A stretch of 36,657 nucleotides of DNA, taken from Craspedostauros australis (Eukaryota). The translations under genes and the position numbers were made by a program. Every line of letters starts with the position of its first letter. Within the stretch, counting starts at the first letter, position 1. The notes beneath the pieces were generated by a model. That model was given only the letters and a program-made list of their open reading frames with translations. It was not told the origin of the DNA and made no database searches. The DNA is taken from assembly GCA_030167865.1 (NCBI GenBank), contig JALAGF010000919.1, positions 1-36,657 of the forward strand, in the 5' to 3' direction. Positions 1-9,387 of the stretch are shown here, in pieces.

Positions 1-511
1 TGTCGTTCATGAGGTCCTGCAGGAAGTTGGCATCCTGACCCTCCATGAGATCGCCCAGATTGTGGAAGACAACCAGGGTGTTGCGATGGTTGGCGATGAT
101 GTTGACGGAACCGCGGAACGTGTCGGCGCAGGTCGATTCTCGGATGCTGTTGGCATCCTCTCCCCTCTGAGAGTTCGCGGCCGTTCGCTGCGTCGAGATC
201 CAGCTCGTCACAGTTGACGATATTGATGTCCTTTGGATCGATGGTGAGGAAGGATGTGTCTTCGCGTTTGGAATCGTCTGCGTCATTGTGGACATCAGCG
301 ATTGCGGCTTGTGCTGTTTCGTTCGTCAATGCGATTGGACTATGTTGGTTTCCGCTGTGACATCGGTCAACGAGGACTCATGTTGGCTGTCATGGCCTGG
401 TGCATGTTGGTGTTGCCGCGCGCAGTCATCATCTTGTCTTGGGGAGGAAGAGTCACACGATGTCTCTTCCTCTGTTGTGACTCGTTTTTCATGACGTGGA
501 ATCCGTTCCAT
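1..511 (-). pseudogene. argA: 5' fragment of an N-acetylglutamate synthase (ArgA/NAGS, amino-acid kinase-like N-domain), apparently disrupted; runs off the window edge
   Basis: Hand translation of the minus strand 133->2 gives TCADTFRGSVNIIANHRNTLVVFHNLGDLMEGQDANFLQDLMND, which aligns by eye with the ArgA N-terminus (E. coli FRHSVPYINTHRGKTFVI...FSSIVND). This frame has TGA at 328-326; an intact start at ATG 295 remains possible. A more protein-like upstream frame (...DTSFLTIDPKDINIVNCDELDLDAANGRELSEG) joins only by removing one base in the C4 run at 162-165, and it has its own stop at 380-378. Confidence 0.55.
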
Positions 512-1658
512 GTGACGTAGAAGACGGATCAGCGAGAGCAAACACAAAATAGCTCTAAATATCCAATCGCCGATTCTCCCAAAAGCGAGCAAACCAGTGG
601 CAACAAGGGGTCAAAACTCCACAACTAGTGTTATCGTGAGTGCATCAACTGCGACCTGGAGGTAGTACAATTGATGCGAGATATCGGTTTCTATCAGTAT
701 GGTGGACTACCGACAGCTAATCTGTGAGGCGGTATTCGCGTCCATCTTGTGACCTCTCGCTGCGCCCGAACGGGCAGAGGTACCGAAGCTGGCTTCGCGA
801 GGAACTTGATGACGCGGAGTGATCCTCGTGCTGCTGCCAAACAACGAACTCCACAGATGCTCTGAAGAGTACGTAGACATGGCACGATTAACACACACCA
901 CACAATCTCCAGACGTTCTTTCCCATTCGCGAAGCCGCAAAAAGGATCCAAAAATGCAGCCGCTTCCCTCCTGATTGTGGTGTTCCATTCGCCACTGCAG
1001 ATTCCCGTCTGGTTGTGGTCGATTTACGGAAGATTCAGGCGTTTCAATTGATATCAGAAAGCGACATTTCTGATGAATTTACGATGACGACTCGTCGGAC
1101 CAGAAGCGTGAAAAGCGACACGATTCAAATTATCCCCCGCCCGTTGCAACCGTCGTAAAACGCCTATTTTTCGAAAATCGGTTGGCTTTGTCACACACAT
1201 ACAACTAATATGGCGAATACAAGAACCGCTCGGAGTGCTTGAGGGATTCAATTCAAAGCAAAACGAAGGGTTCGTGCCAAAGAGCCACCCAACAGACACA
1301 AACATCATGGACGAAGACACCACTTTGTGGCGATGAAGCCCACAAGAGAGATCGATGTCGGAGCTGTGCTCGCAGACACACAAGAAACTCAGCCACACCC
1401 ATCCGTATCCGCATGAGCATGCACAAGTCGGAAGGAGATGCCACAAACACAAAGTAACAAGTACCGGCAAGAGCATCCGACGCGAACTTAGCACAACAAC
1501 CAATCCAACAGATACCATCGGCATTGCACAATCCAGCACATCTCATCGACAGCGTGCCTGATTACCGTACCTCCTCCGCGCGCTCTACGTATCTTAACCA
1601 GAAAGGTGCGGCAAGACATCTCCTCGCAACAACGTGAGCTCACATTCTTGCTCCCACC

Positions 1659-1697
1659 CAGCCCAGCTCAGCTCAACTCAACTCAGCCCAGCCCAGC
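1659..1697. repeat. Degenerate pentamer microsatellite (CARCY)n upstream of the 1764 gene
   Basis: cagcc cagct cagct caact caact cagcc cagcc cagc read directly. Confidence 0.7.
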
Positions 1698-1763
1698 AGC
1701 AAGAAGGAGTGTTCAATCAGACCGTTACAGTCATACCACACCATGCCCAGACAAGCCATCGCG

Positions 1764-3521
1764 ATGAAGCCTCTGCTCCTACTCGCCATGGCGGCACTGA
1801 TGGTGCTGCAAAGCGCGCCATGTGATGCGGTAACCCTTGATGGACGCGACTACGACTTCGACCAAGTGCGGCAGCAACGGCCGGTACGTCGACGACAGAG
1901 AGGCGCGGTGCGCGGCCAACATCGCGAGCGAATTCTGAACAAGACAGACGACAGCAAGAAGACGAAGACGAAGAAGACATCCGAGTCGAAGAAGAAGTCG
2001 TCTTGCAAGGGCTCCAGCAAGAAGACATCGAAGGACTGCAAAACCGTGGCGCCGTCTTCGTCCCCTTCGATGGCCCCCACCATCACTGCCATGCCCACGG
2101 ACGTCCCATCCAGCCAGCCGACCAGCCACCCAACGGTCTCGATGGCACCAACCTCCTCGCCCACTGCGGCGCCCACATCGCCATTCCCATCGTCGCAGCC
2201 ATCGTCGACTCCCACCATCTCCAACGCACCAACGAGGAACCCGACGGCCGCCCCCACGACCAGCTTTCCATCTACCTCGCCTTCGTCCAGCCCGTCCGCA
2301 GCTCCTACTGGTGGACCGACGGGGAGACCAACCTCGGCCCCAACCGGCCTTCCGTCGGCATCTCCAACAGCAAGCATGGTACCATCGATGGATCCAACTG
2401 GCTCTCCAACCAAACAGCCGTCCTCATCGCCATCGCAACCACCAAGCGTTTCCATGGTCCCCACCGTTGCCGTGTTCGCCACCACAAACCAGGCAGACGG
2501 TGCGCAGATCTCCACATGCATCACCCGCCCATCGGGGCAAGGGTCCATTGTCGAATACACCTTTGACTACAATCTCTACATCCCAACGACTGGAGGCAGC
2601 GCCAGCGATGCCGTTGCTGACGCCGAGAGAATGATTCACGGCAAGCTGGCGAGGGAGGCTCTCACCTGCGACTACTCCACCGACGAGCCTTTTCACTTCG
2701 TGCAGATGTCCTCGGGCACTGCGGACACCGTTGATAACAACGGTTGCGATGCGTCGGCCCCAGTGTACGACGGCTTGACATGCCAGTTGGTGCACGCCGC
2801 CATCACCCCGGAGGTGGTGTACGACGCTGCCCGCAAGCAACGACGTCTCAACGCAGATGCCCAGGTGGTGAATGCGCTGATCGAAATGCTGAAGAGCGCG
2901 TTCGGCGAGCTGTCCACTGACAATGAAGACACCGCCCTCGAGCTGGTCGGATTCACCAACCTCGACCTGGATGGTAAGGAGAACTCCGACACCGGTGGCG
3001 TGGGTGGTGGAGATCCAGAAGCGGACCTGCTGGTCCGTGGCAACAACTCCTCGTCAGCCGGAAATGGTCGCTCCATCACAGCGCCGATCATCATCGCCGC
3101 TGCAGGTCTTTGCTTCGTTCTTCTCATCGTAGTGATCGTTTCCAGACGCAAGAAGCGCGTCGAGAAGTACCTGAGGCACATAGAGCGCCTCGATGAGGAA
3201 TCCTCCCTCGACTTTTCCTACAACGACAAGCTCCGCTACGATGACCTCGCATTCGACAACGAGGATGCCGGCAGCAAGCGGTTAGATGAGATCGACCAGG
3301 TGCTGATGGCGCAGCAGTTCGTCTTCAAGGAGCATCACGACGAACGAAACTGCGTCTCTGACACATGTGAAATCTGTCAGAAGAACCGCAGCGCTCCGGT
3401 CTTCATCCCGACCACGAACATGGCTGAGGAAAGGGAGAACATCTGCGCCGAGTTGGGACACGACAACTACATGTCACCGAGGAAGCAGCCGCTTTCCGTC
3501 GATGACACCCAGATCCTGTAA
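1764..3521 (+). CDS. Type-I membrane protein: signal peptide, RxL sites, Lys-rich block, Pro/Thr/Ser mucin-like stalk, Cys-containing lumenal domain, one TM helix, cytosolic tail (diatom cell-surface/cell-wall candidate)
   Basis: Single 592-aa ORF (alternative ATG at 1743). Signal peptide MKPLLLLAMAALMVLQSAPCDA; RERIL then KKTKTKKTSESKKKSSCKGSSKKTSKDCK; PSSSPSMAPT-type repeats; TM IIIAAAGLCFVLLIVVIVS followed by RRKKR; strong C/G third-position bias. Confidence 0.88.
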   Translation: MKPLLLLAMAALMVLQSAPCDAVTLDGRDYDFDQVRQQRPVRRRQRGAVRGQHRERILNKTDDSKKTKTKKTSESKKKSSCKGSSKKTSKDCKTVAPSSSPSMAPTITAMPTDVPSSQPTSHPTVSMAPTSSPTAAPTSPFPSSQPSSTPTISNAPTRNPTAAPTTSFPSTSPSSSPSAAPTGGPTGRPTSAPTGLPSASPTASMVPSMDPTGSPTKQPSSSPSQPPSVSMVPTVAVFATTNQADGAQISTCITRPSGQGSIVEYTFDYNLYIPTTGGSASDAVADAERMIHGKLAREALTCDYSTDEPFHFVQMSSGTADTVDNNGCDASAPVYDGLTCQLVHAAITPEVVYDAARKQRRLNADAQVVNALIEMLKSAFGELSTDNEDTALELVGFTNLDLDGKENSDTGGVGGGDPEADLLVRGNNSSSAGNGRSITAPIIIAAAGLCFVLLIVVIVSRRKKRVEKYLRHIERLDEESSLDFSYNDKLRYDDLAFDNEDAGSKRLDEIDQVLMAQQFVFKEHHDERNCVSDTCEICQKNRSAPVFIPTTNMAEERENICAELGHDNYMSPRKQPLSVDDTQIL

Positions 3522-4766
3522 GCGACAAATGACAGTCCTCTCGAGTGTCTCATTTCATTGCATCACGACAGGATGCGATGCCAACCAAACCGCTCTTCCC
3601 ATGAATCATTGTATTCTAGTAGCACATTTCATACACTCTCCACATTCGGTCCTCAGTATCGGCTGTTCGCAATGTTCTCCGACATGCTCTCTAACATTCA
3701 TGACTCGTGAAGTTGTGGGGTGGGATGTCTCTCGAACGAACGAAAGGAACGAGAGAGAAAGGTTGTGTGCGTGTGTGTTTGTGAAGCCTTGCTACCAGGT
3801 AGGTGAAGCAGCATTGGGTAGAGCAGGCTACTCCAAGGCACTTGAACAATAGGTTTCGAAATGGTACTGCGAGTACTTCATTGTTCCTTGGTACTGATCA
3901 GAATCGTGAATGAGCATATACCCGGGACCGGTTGTTGAGAGGTCGTATTGTGGACGTTCTCGAAGTTCGGCGGAAAATCAGTCCATCGTTCTTGCGAAAA
4001 GCGACGCACGGGTAGTACGTGGACATCTGCGATTGCATTTTCGCCATCATCGGAACTGCGGCGAGGCTGCCAACTTTCCCGTAGGTTCGATTGAGTTCGA
4101 GCGAAGACACTTGTGCTCATCCCGGTTCAACCAAATGTCGTCGGCGACACTGCTTACTTAACAGTGCTCAAGAGGGAAAACTGTGGCGGAATGGAAAAAC
4201 AGCACAGGCCCATCTGGCAACATGATCGTGCGACCTGACCTGGCAAGAATGGAGGTGTCGAAGAAGTTCTCGCTGCTTCGGGTGGATCCACAACCAGTGG
4301 TTGCCGCTGTTGCTGTCGATGTCGATGTGGTTCCTTCGCTGGGGCGGACCTGTGGTTGTTTGGGCAAGTTCTTGGTGACGGAGATGCGTCGACAAGAGGG
4401 ATGCAACAGGTGGTCCGATCGAATCTCTCTCTGTGTGATACCGATCCAATCTGCACTGCGACCACCTTGTCCGTCCATCGATCTCCTTTGTGGTCTTCAA
4501 AGTCATCTCAGCATTTGTTCATGGTATCGATGCATGCATGTGCCAAGAGACAAGGGAAAGGATCACATCAGCTCTCCACATCGATCACAGCCATCGCCTG
4601 CATCGTCCTTCATCCTTCGTCTCTCCCTCGTGGTCCTCACAAAATCAGGAGCTTCGACAGAACAAAAACAAACAAGAAAACAAACAATCAAGAAGGCAAG
4701 AAGACATCCACATAACTCATCCACGTACCCACAGTTTGCGACCATTCCGAAGATCATCATCTCATC

Positions 4767-5963
4767 ATGTTGGCCACTTTGACGCAACCATCGCTCCATG
4801 CAACGAGAACGCTGAACGCAGACACCATGGACATGCATCTTGGTCATCCAGCAGCAGAACCAGCGACTCGGACCGGAGAACAGCAGCAACCGTTGGGCGG
4901 CGCGGCACTGCAGTCGCATCTCCCGCAGCACCAGCAAAAGTGGGCACCCAAAGTTGCGGCAGCAACAACCAACAACACGCGCAAGGCGTGCATCGGCGAC
5001 ATCGTGACACTGGATCTCGATCTCCATCCAGAGAATGGCTTCGTCCCAGAACGTCTGTTCGACACGACGGGCAGGATATCCTTCATCCTGGGATGGGGCA
5101 ACTACCTTCCTGGGTTGCACAGCCTGGCGGAAGGCCGCCAGGTCGGCGATGAGCAGCCAGCCGTCTCCATCGACGCGGGATTCGGCAGCTCCAACCCCGG
5201 CCTCATCTTCCGCGTTCCCAAGTCCAACTTCCCCTCCAGCAGCGTCGACACCTTGCGCAAGGGCGCCACCGTGCATCTCAAGAACGGCAAGTTCCAGGTC
5301 CTGATCCGCGACATCGTGGGAGACACAGTCATCGTGGATGCCAACCACCCGCTGGCGGGATCCAGCTACGCCTGCTCCTTCAAGGTGCTGGATGTCCAGC
5401 CGATTCCCACGCACGCGTACGAACAGAACCACGAGGGATCGCGATACCAGGTGGCCACGTGGGCCATGGGCTGCTTCTGGGGCGGCGAGCTGGCATTCAT
5501 GCGCCAGAAGGGCGTCGTCGGCACCAAGGTCGGCTACACGCAGGGCGTCACGACCGACCCAACCTACGAGGAGGTCTGCCGTGGGACCACGCAGCACCGC
5601 GAGGCCGTCATGGTGGTCTACGACACAACGCTCGTGTCCTACGAGGACCTGCTGGCAGTCTACATGGTGCGTCTCGCAGCCACCACGTCGCAATACAAGA
5701 TCCCGCTCATGCCGGAGGAAGACAGCCATGACCCAGCGGCGCAGAAGTGGCGTCAGCAGTACAAGCACGGCGTGTACTTCCACAACGACAAACAACGCGA
5801 GCTTGCGCAGGTCGTCATTGACGACAATGACAACTTCTACCAGGTCGAGCTGCTGATGGCATCCAAGTTCTACGATGCTGAGGACTACCACCAGCAGTAC
5901 CTGCTGAAGGGTGGACAGAGCGCACGCAAGGGCGACAAGGAGACCATCCGTTGCTTCGGTTGA
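4767..5963 (+). CDS. msrA: Fusion of SlyD/FkpB-like FKBP-type PPIase domain and peptide methionine sulfoxide reductase A
   Basis: FKBP part: GDIVTL..., FILGWGNYLPGL, VIVDANHPLAG. MsrA part: GCFWGGE, VGYTQG, PTYEEVC, HREAVMVVYD, FYDAEDYHQQYL, C-terminal IRCFG. The exact start codon is uncertain (further Met at codons 21 and 23). Confidence 0.92.
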   Translation: MLATLTQPSLHATRTLNADTMDMHLGHPAAEPATRTGEQQQPLGGAALQSHLPQHQQKWAPKVAAATTNNTRKACIGDIVTLDLDLHPENGFVPERLFDTTGRISFILGWGNYLPGLHSLAEGRQVGDEQPAVSIDAGFGSSNPGLIFRVPKSNFPSSSVDTLRKGATVHLKNGKFQVLIRDIVGDTVIVDANHPLAGSSYACSFKVLDVQPIPTHAYEQNHEGSRYQVATWAMGCFWGGELAFMRQKGVVGTKVGYTQGVTTDPTYEEVCRGTTQHREAVMVVYDTTLVSYEDLLAVYMVRLAATTSQYKIPLMPEEDSHDPAAQKWRQQYKHGVYFHNDKQRELAQVVIDDNDNFYQVELLMASKFYDAEDYHQQYLLKGGQSARKGDKETIRCFG

Positions 5964-6246
5964 ACTGTCCTTTCGACACTTCGATGATCCAATCAACGAG
6001 TGCGCGCCTCTGTGTCTGTACTCGTATGCATACTACTCTACATATTACACCACGCACAACATACATTCCAGGAGTACACTACTCCTTGCACACACGTAGA
6101 TACATGTTACACCATTAATCGATAGAACACGATATCTACAATACGATACAAACCACACAGTACTCCCAGTATCACACGTACGAGCATCACACATACGAAG
6201 ACAGTACCTACTCGTAGTGATATGAATGGAACCCCAGCAACCAATG

Positions 6247-7049
6247 TCACAGATTCACACGATGGGCGATCTTGATGAAATCCTGCGGCAGCACCAGCCC
6301 ATCATCATTGTCGTTCTTTGCAGAGTCCCTGTCGACCAACTGGATCATCTCCCTCAGTTCCTCCTGCGTCAAGTCCTCATTCAACTCCTTTGCAACGCGT
6401 TCGAGATCTTCCAGCACGACCACGCCCTTCCCATCACGATCAAACAGTTGAAATGCACGCTCCGCCTTGTCCTTTTGCAAGCTCTTGGTGGCGACGAATG
6501 GCAGGAACATGTCGAGCGTGATGACCTGATCGTCATCGTCGGACGTGCCGAAGAATGCTTTGGAAACGTCATCCGCTGCAAGAGAGATCCCCAAACGTTT
6601 CATGCATTTGCGAGCTCTGCCGATGGAGAGGCAACCGTCTGCGCGTGTGGAATGAATCGAAGCGGGGCAAGAATCAGTGCATTGCGGCGGACCATAACAG
6701 CAGATGAGAAGGGAATTGAGACACTTGAGCATGGACTTCCCTTCACTTCGCTCCACTTCACTTCATACCATTCCATCGAATGCATGCTTGACTGCTTGAT
6801 CGCTTGACTGCTTATTTGTTCCAACGCACAACACTGACCTTCTCTGGAACGAGCCGCATGGTGGAAGACATCTCGAATCTCTTGGCACGTCTCTTCTCCG
6901 ACCAACTCCTCGGGCGATGGCGCAGCCCGCTTCGTGGGTTTCTTCTTCCGCCTCCGTTTGCTCGTGGGCGCTACGTCGTCAGCCTTTCGTCTGAACGATG
7001 CGGCCGGTGGATTCTTCTTCGTGGGTGCCTGCGAACACATTCCCCGCAT
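6247..7049 (-). CDS. Centrin/calmodulin-like EF-hand protein, 2 exons (7049-6839 and 6638-6247)
   Basis: Exon 2 has AERAFQLFDRDGKGVVVLEDLERVAKELNEDLTQEELREMI (centrin C-lobe pattern). Exon 1 has EETCQEIRDVF. A phase-1 intron at 6838-6639 (AG|GTCAGT ... CTGAT ... GCAG|) joins the two ORF-track frames in register (G|AC = Asp). Confidence 0.82.
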
Positions 7050-7697
7050 GATTGCGTCCGTTGCGATGGAAGGCAGCACGAAGTGCGCAAGATGGAGGAG
7101 ACAAGTGGGGAAGGGAAGGCGAAACGAAAGAACAAAAACGCCAAAGGGGAACGATGTGAGGTGATGCGCTCCTCTCGGTTCTTGGATGTTCTCACCAATG
7201 GACGCATACCAGCGGAGCAGAGCAGAAAGCCGTTCTCACCATGGTTGCACCTGTGCTGATGACTGGTGTGCTACGATATCGTACTGTTGGTCTGTTGTCA
7301 TACACAAGTATGAGGATGCAACGTGGCCGAGATTGTGAGTGATGATGGTCGCTCGTCGATCCACAGAGTTGATGCCTCTGCTCTCCGATCTACTCGTACA
7401 ATTGTGCGACAAACACTCAAACAACACGACAAACCACACACAAACAAAAACGCACGAACTCAATTTCGTTGCGCACGTTTGAGACTTGATTCACGTTTTG
7501 ATTCGGGATTGGATTCCAACCAACAAAACAGAAACGAAAAAAGGAACAAAGAGGGCGTTCTCTTGGTGGTCGATGCCCGTCTACATTCTCCTTGCACATC
7601 CATCCAACGACATCTGCCAATGCAATAGTACATAGCATCATACTGCTCCAGAGTTGTTGAAGCCCAACGACACCATCCACACCATCCAACCAAGACC

Positions 7698-8975
7698 ATG
7701 TCATCTGCACCTCCATCCGCACCAACCGGCAGCGGCGACGACGACTGGAAAGTCCAGCGCGACGCCCACAAGGCCAAAGCCGACGCATCCTTCCGCTTCG
7801 GCGGCTACCGCACGGCCATCGATGAATACACCAACGCCATCACGCTGGATCCGGACTTCGTCGTGGCCTACTCCAACCGCTCCGCTGCCTACCTCAAGAA
7901 CAACGAGATCAGCAAGGCGCTGCAGGATGCCAATCGCATCATCGAGCTGGATCCCGCCTTCGTCAAGGGGTATTCGCGGTTGGCGGCCGCCCTGCATGCG
8001 TTGAGGCGGTATCGACCGGCCAAGGAGGCCTACCAGAAGGTGCTGGACAAGGATCCCAACAACGCCGTGGCCAAGAAGGGTCTGGAGGACTGTCAGAAGA
8101 CGCTGGATCACATAGAGGAACAGCAGAAGCGGGCATTCGAAGTCGAAGAGAAGGAACGGATGGGCGACAAGGCTCCCACTTCGACCTCTGCCAACGATAA
8201 AGCTGCCGATGACAGCAAGGACAACGATGTTGATACTGACGAAAACAAGGAAAGCAAGGAGGATGATGATGATGACGGCGACGAAGAAGATGATCTGCTG
8301 GCGGACTTCTTCGATGATGTGGAAGACGTCACGACCAAAAAGAAAGCCGATGACAGCAACGAGGACGCCGCCAAGAAGGAGCAGCCAAAAGCCACCAACG
8401 CCATCAAGAACCAAAAGCAGGCCATCGGAACGTACCAGGAACAGGTCGATCGCTTGCTGCAAAACAACTACGAATGGAAGAACTTGAATCCCTTCGCCGT
8501 GCTGCAGCTGACGAAGGATGCCACGGATGATGACATCTCCCATCGGTACAAGGCGATGGCGCTGCTCTTGCACCCTGACAAGAACGGCGGCTCCGAGCAA
8601 GCCCAGAAGTCCTACGACGAAGTCAAGAAGGCCAAGAATACGTTGATGGACATCAACCGTCGCAAGCACGCCATCCTGTTGATCGAGGAAGGCATGAAGA
8701 TGGGAGAAGACGCGCACAAACGGCACAAATCATCGTCGCTGCAGGAATGCCAAGAAAAGGAGATCATGAGGATATTTGCGCAAGTGGAGATGAAACGCCG
8801 GGAAGTGGAGCAGCGGGAACGCAAATTTGAGCAGCGGGAAAAGCAGCAGGAGGATGAGCAGCTCGAAGTGGAACGCAAGGCTCGCAAATTTGACAAGAGT
8901 TGGAAGCAGGATGACCGGGTCAAGAAACGCATCGGAAATTGGAGGGATTTCGCGTCGAACAAGAAGCGGAAATGA
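7698..8975 (+). CDS. TPR-repeat + J-domain co-chaperone (C-terminal half DNAJC8/Spf31-like)
   Basis: Three STI1/SGT-type TPRs (AIDEYTNAITLDP, YSNRSAAY, KGYSRLAAAL), acidic linker, J domain NPFAVLQL...LLLHPDKN with intact HPD, coiled coil, and a C-terminal RVKKRIGNWRDF resembling the DNAJC8 tail. Confidence 0.9.
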   Translation: MSSAPPSAPTGSGDDDWKVQRDAHKAKADASFRFGGYRTAIDEYTNAITLDPDFVVAYSNRSAAYLKNNEISKALQDANRIIELDPAFVKGYSRLAAALHALRRYRPAKEAYQKVLDKDPNNAVAKKGLEDCQKTLDHIEEQQKRAFEVEEKERMGDKAPTSTSANDKAADDSKDNDVDTDENKESKEDDDDDGDEEDDLLADFFDDVEDVTTKKKADDSNEDAAKKEQPKATNAIKNQKQAIGTYQEQVDRLLQNNYEWKNLNPFAVLQLTKDATDDDISHRYKAMALLLHPDKNGGSEQAQKSYDEVKKAKNTLMDINRRKHAILLIEEGMKMGEDAHKRHKSSSLQECQEKEIMRIFAQVEMKRREVEQRERKFEQREKQQEDEQLEVERKARKFDKSWKQDDRVKKRIGNWRDFASNKKRK

Positions 8976-9031
8976 ACCACGAGTAGGGCAGGACAACTCT
9001 GCTGGTGTGGTGTCGGTCACTACGTCGTACC

Positions 9032-9059
9032 GGTACGGGTATGGTACGGGTATGGTACG
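9032..9059. repeat. 11-bp tandem repeat (GGTACGGGTAT)x2.5 in the 3' flank of the J-protein gene
   Basis: Read directly; gtcgtacc (9024-9031) and ggtacgac (9054-9061) also form an inverted pair. Confidence 0.6.
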
Positions 9060-9387
9060 ACTACGTACGGTCGGAGCTGGAGTAGGAGTAGAAACCACGA
9101 AGCGAATGTAACAAAGAAAACTGGTAAGAGGTGGACTGGGCTGAATGGTGCTATGCGCGTTCGTGCATTTGTTCGATCTTTGTATTCGAGTATAAAATGA
9201 CTGAATGTTGTTCTACTCTTACCCATCATGGCATACGTACGCGTATGCATGATTTCTTCCTTCACGGCTATTACATATTCTACCTGTCCATACAGGGTGT
9301 TGCGTGCTCTACTCTATCAACCTCCGACACGAAGGTGGCATGGTGCATACTCGTATGTGTGCCATCACACTTGACTGTCCGCGTTGA

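Noticed and set aside
4767..8975. Apparent protein-quality-control cluster (FKBP-MsrA, EF-hand, TPR-J)
   Set aside because: Eukaryotic neighbours in mixed orientation with no shared regulatory motif seen; needs synteny or co-expression evidence
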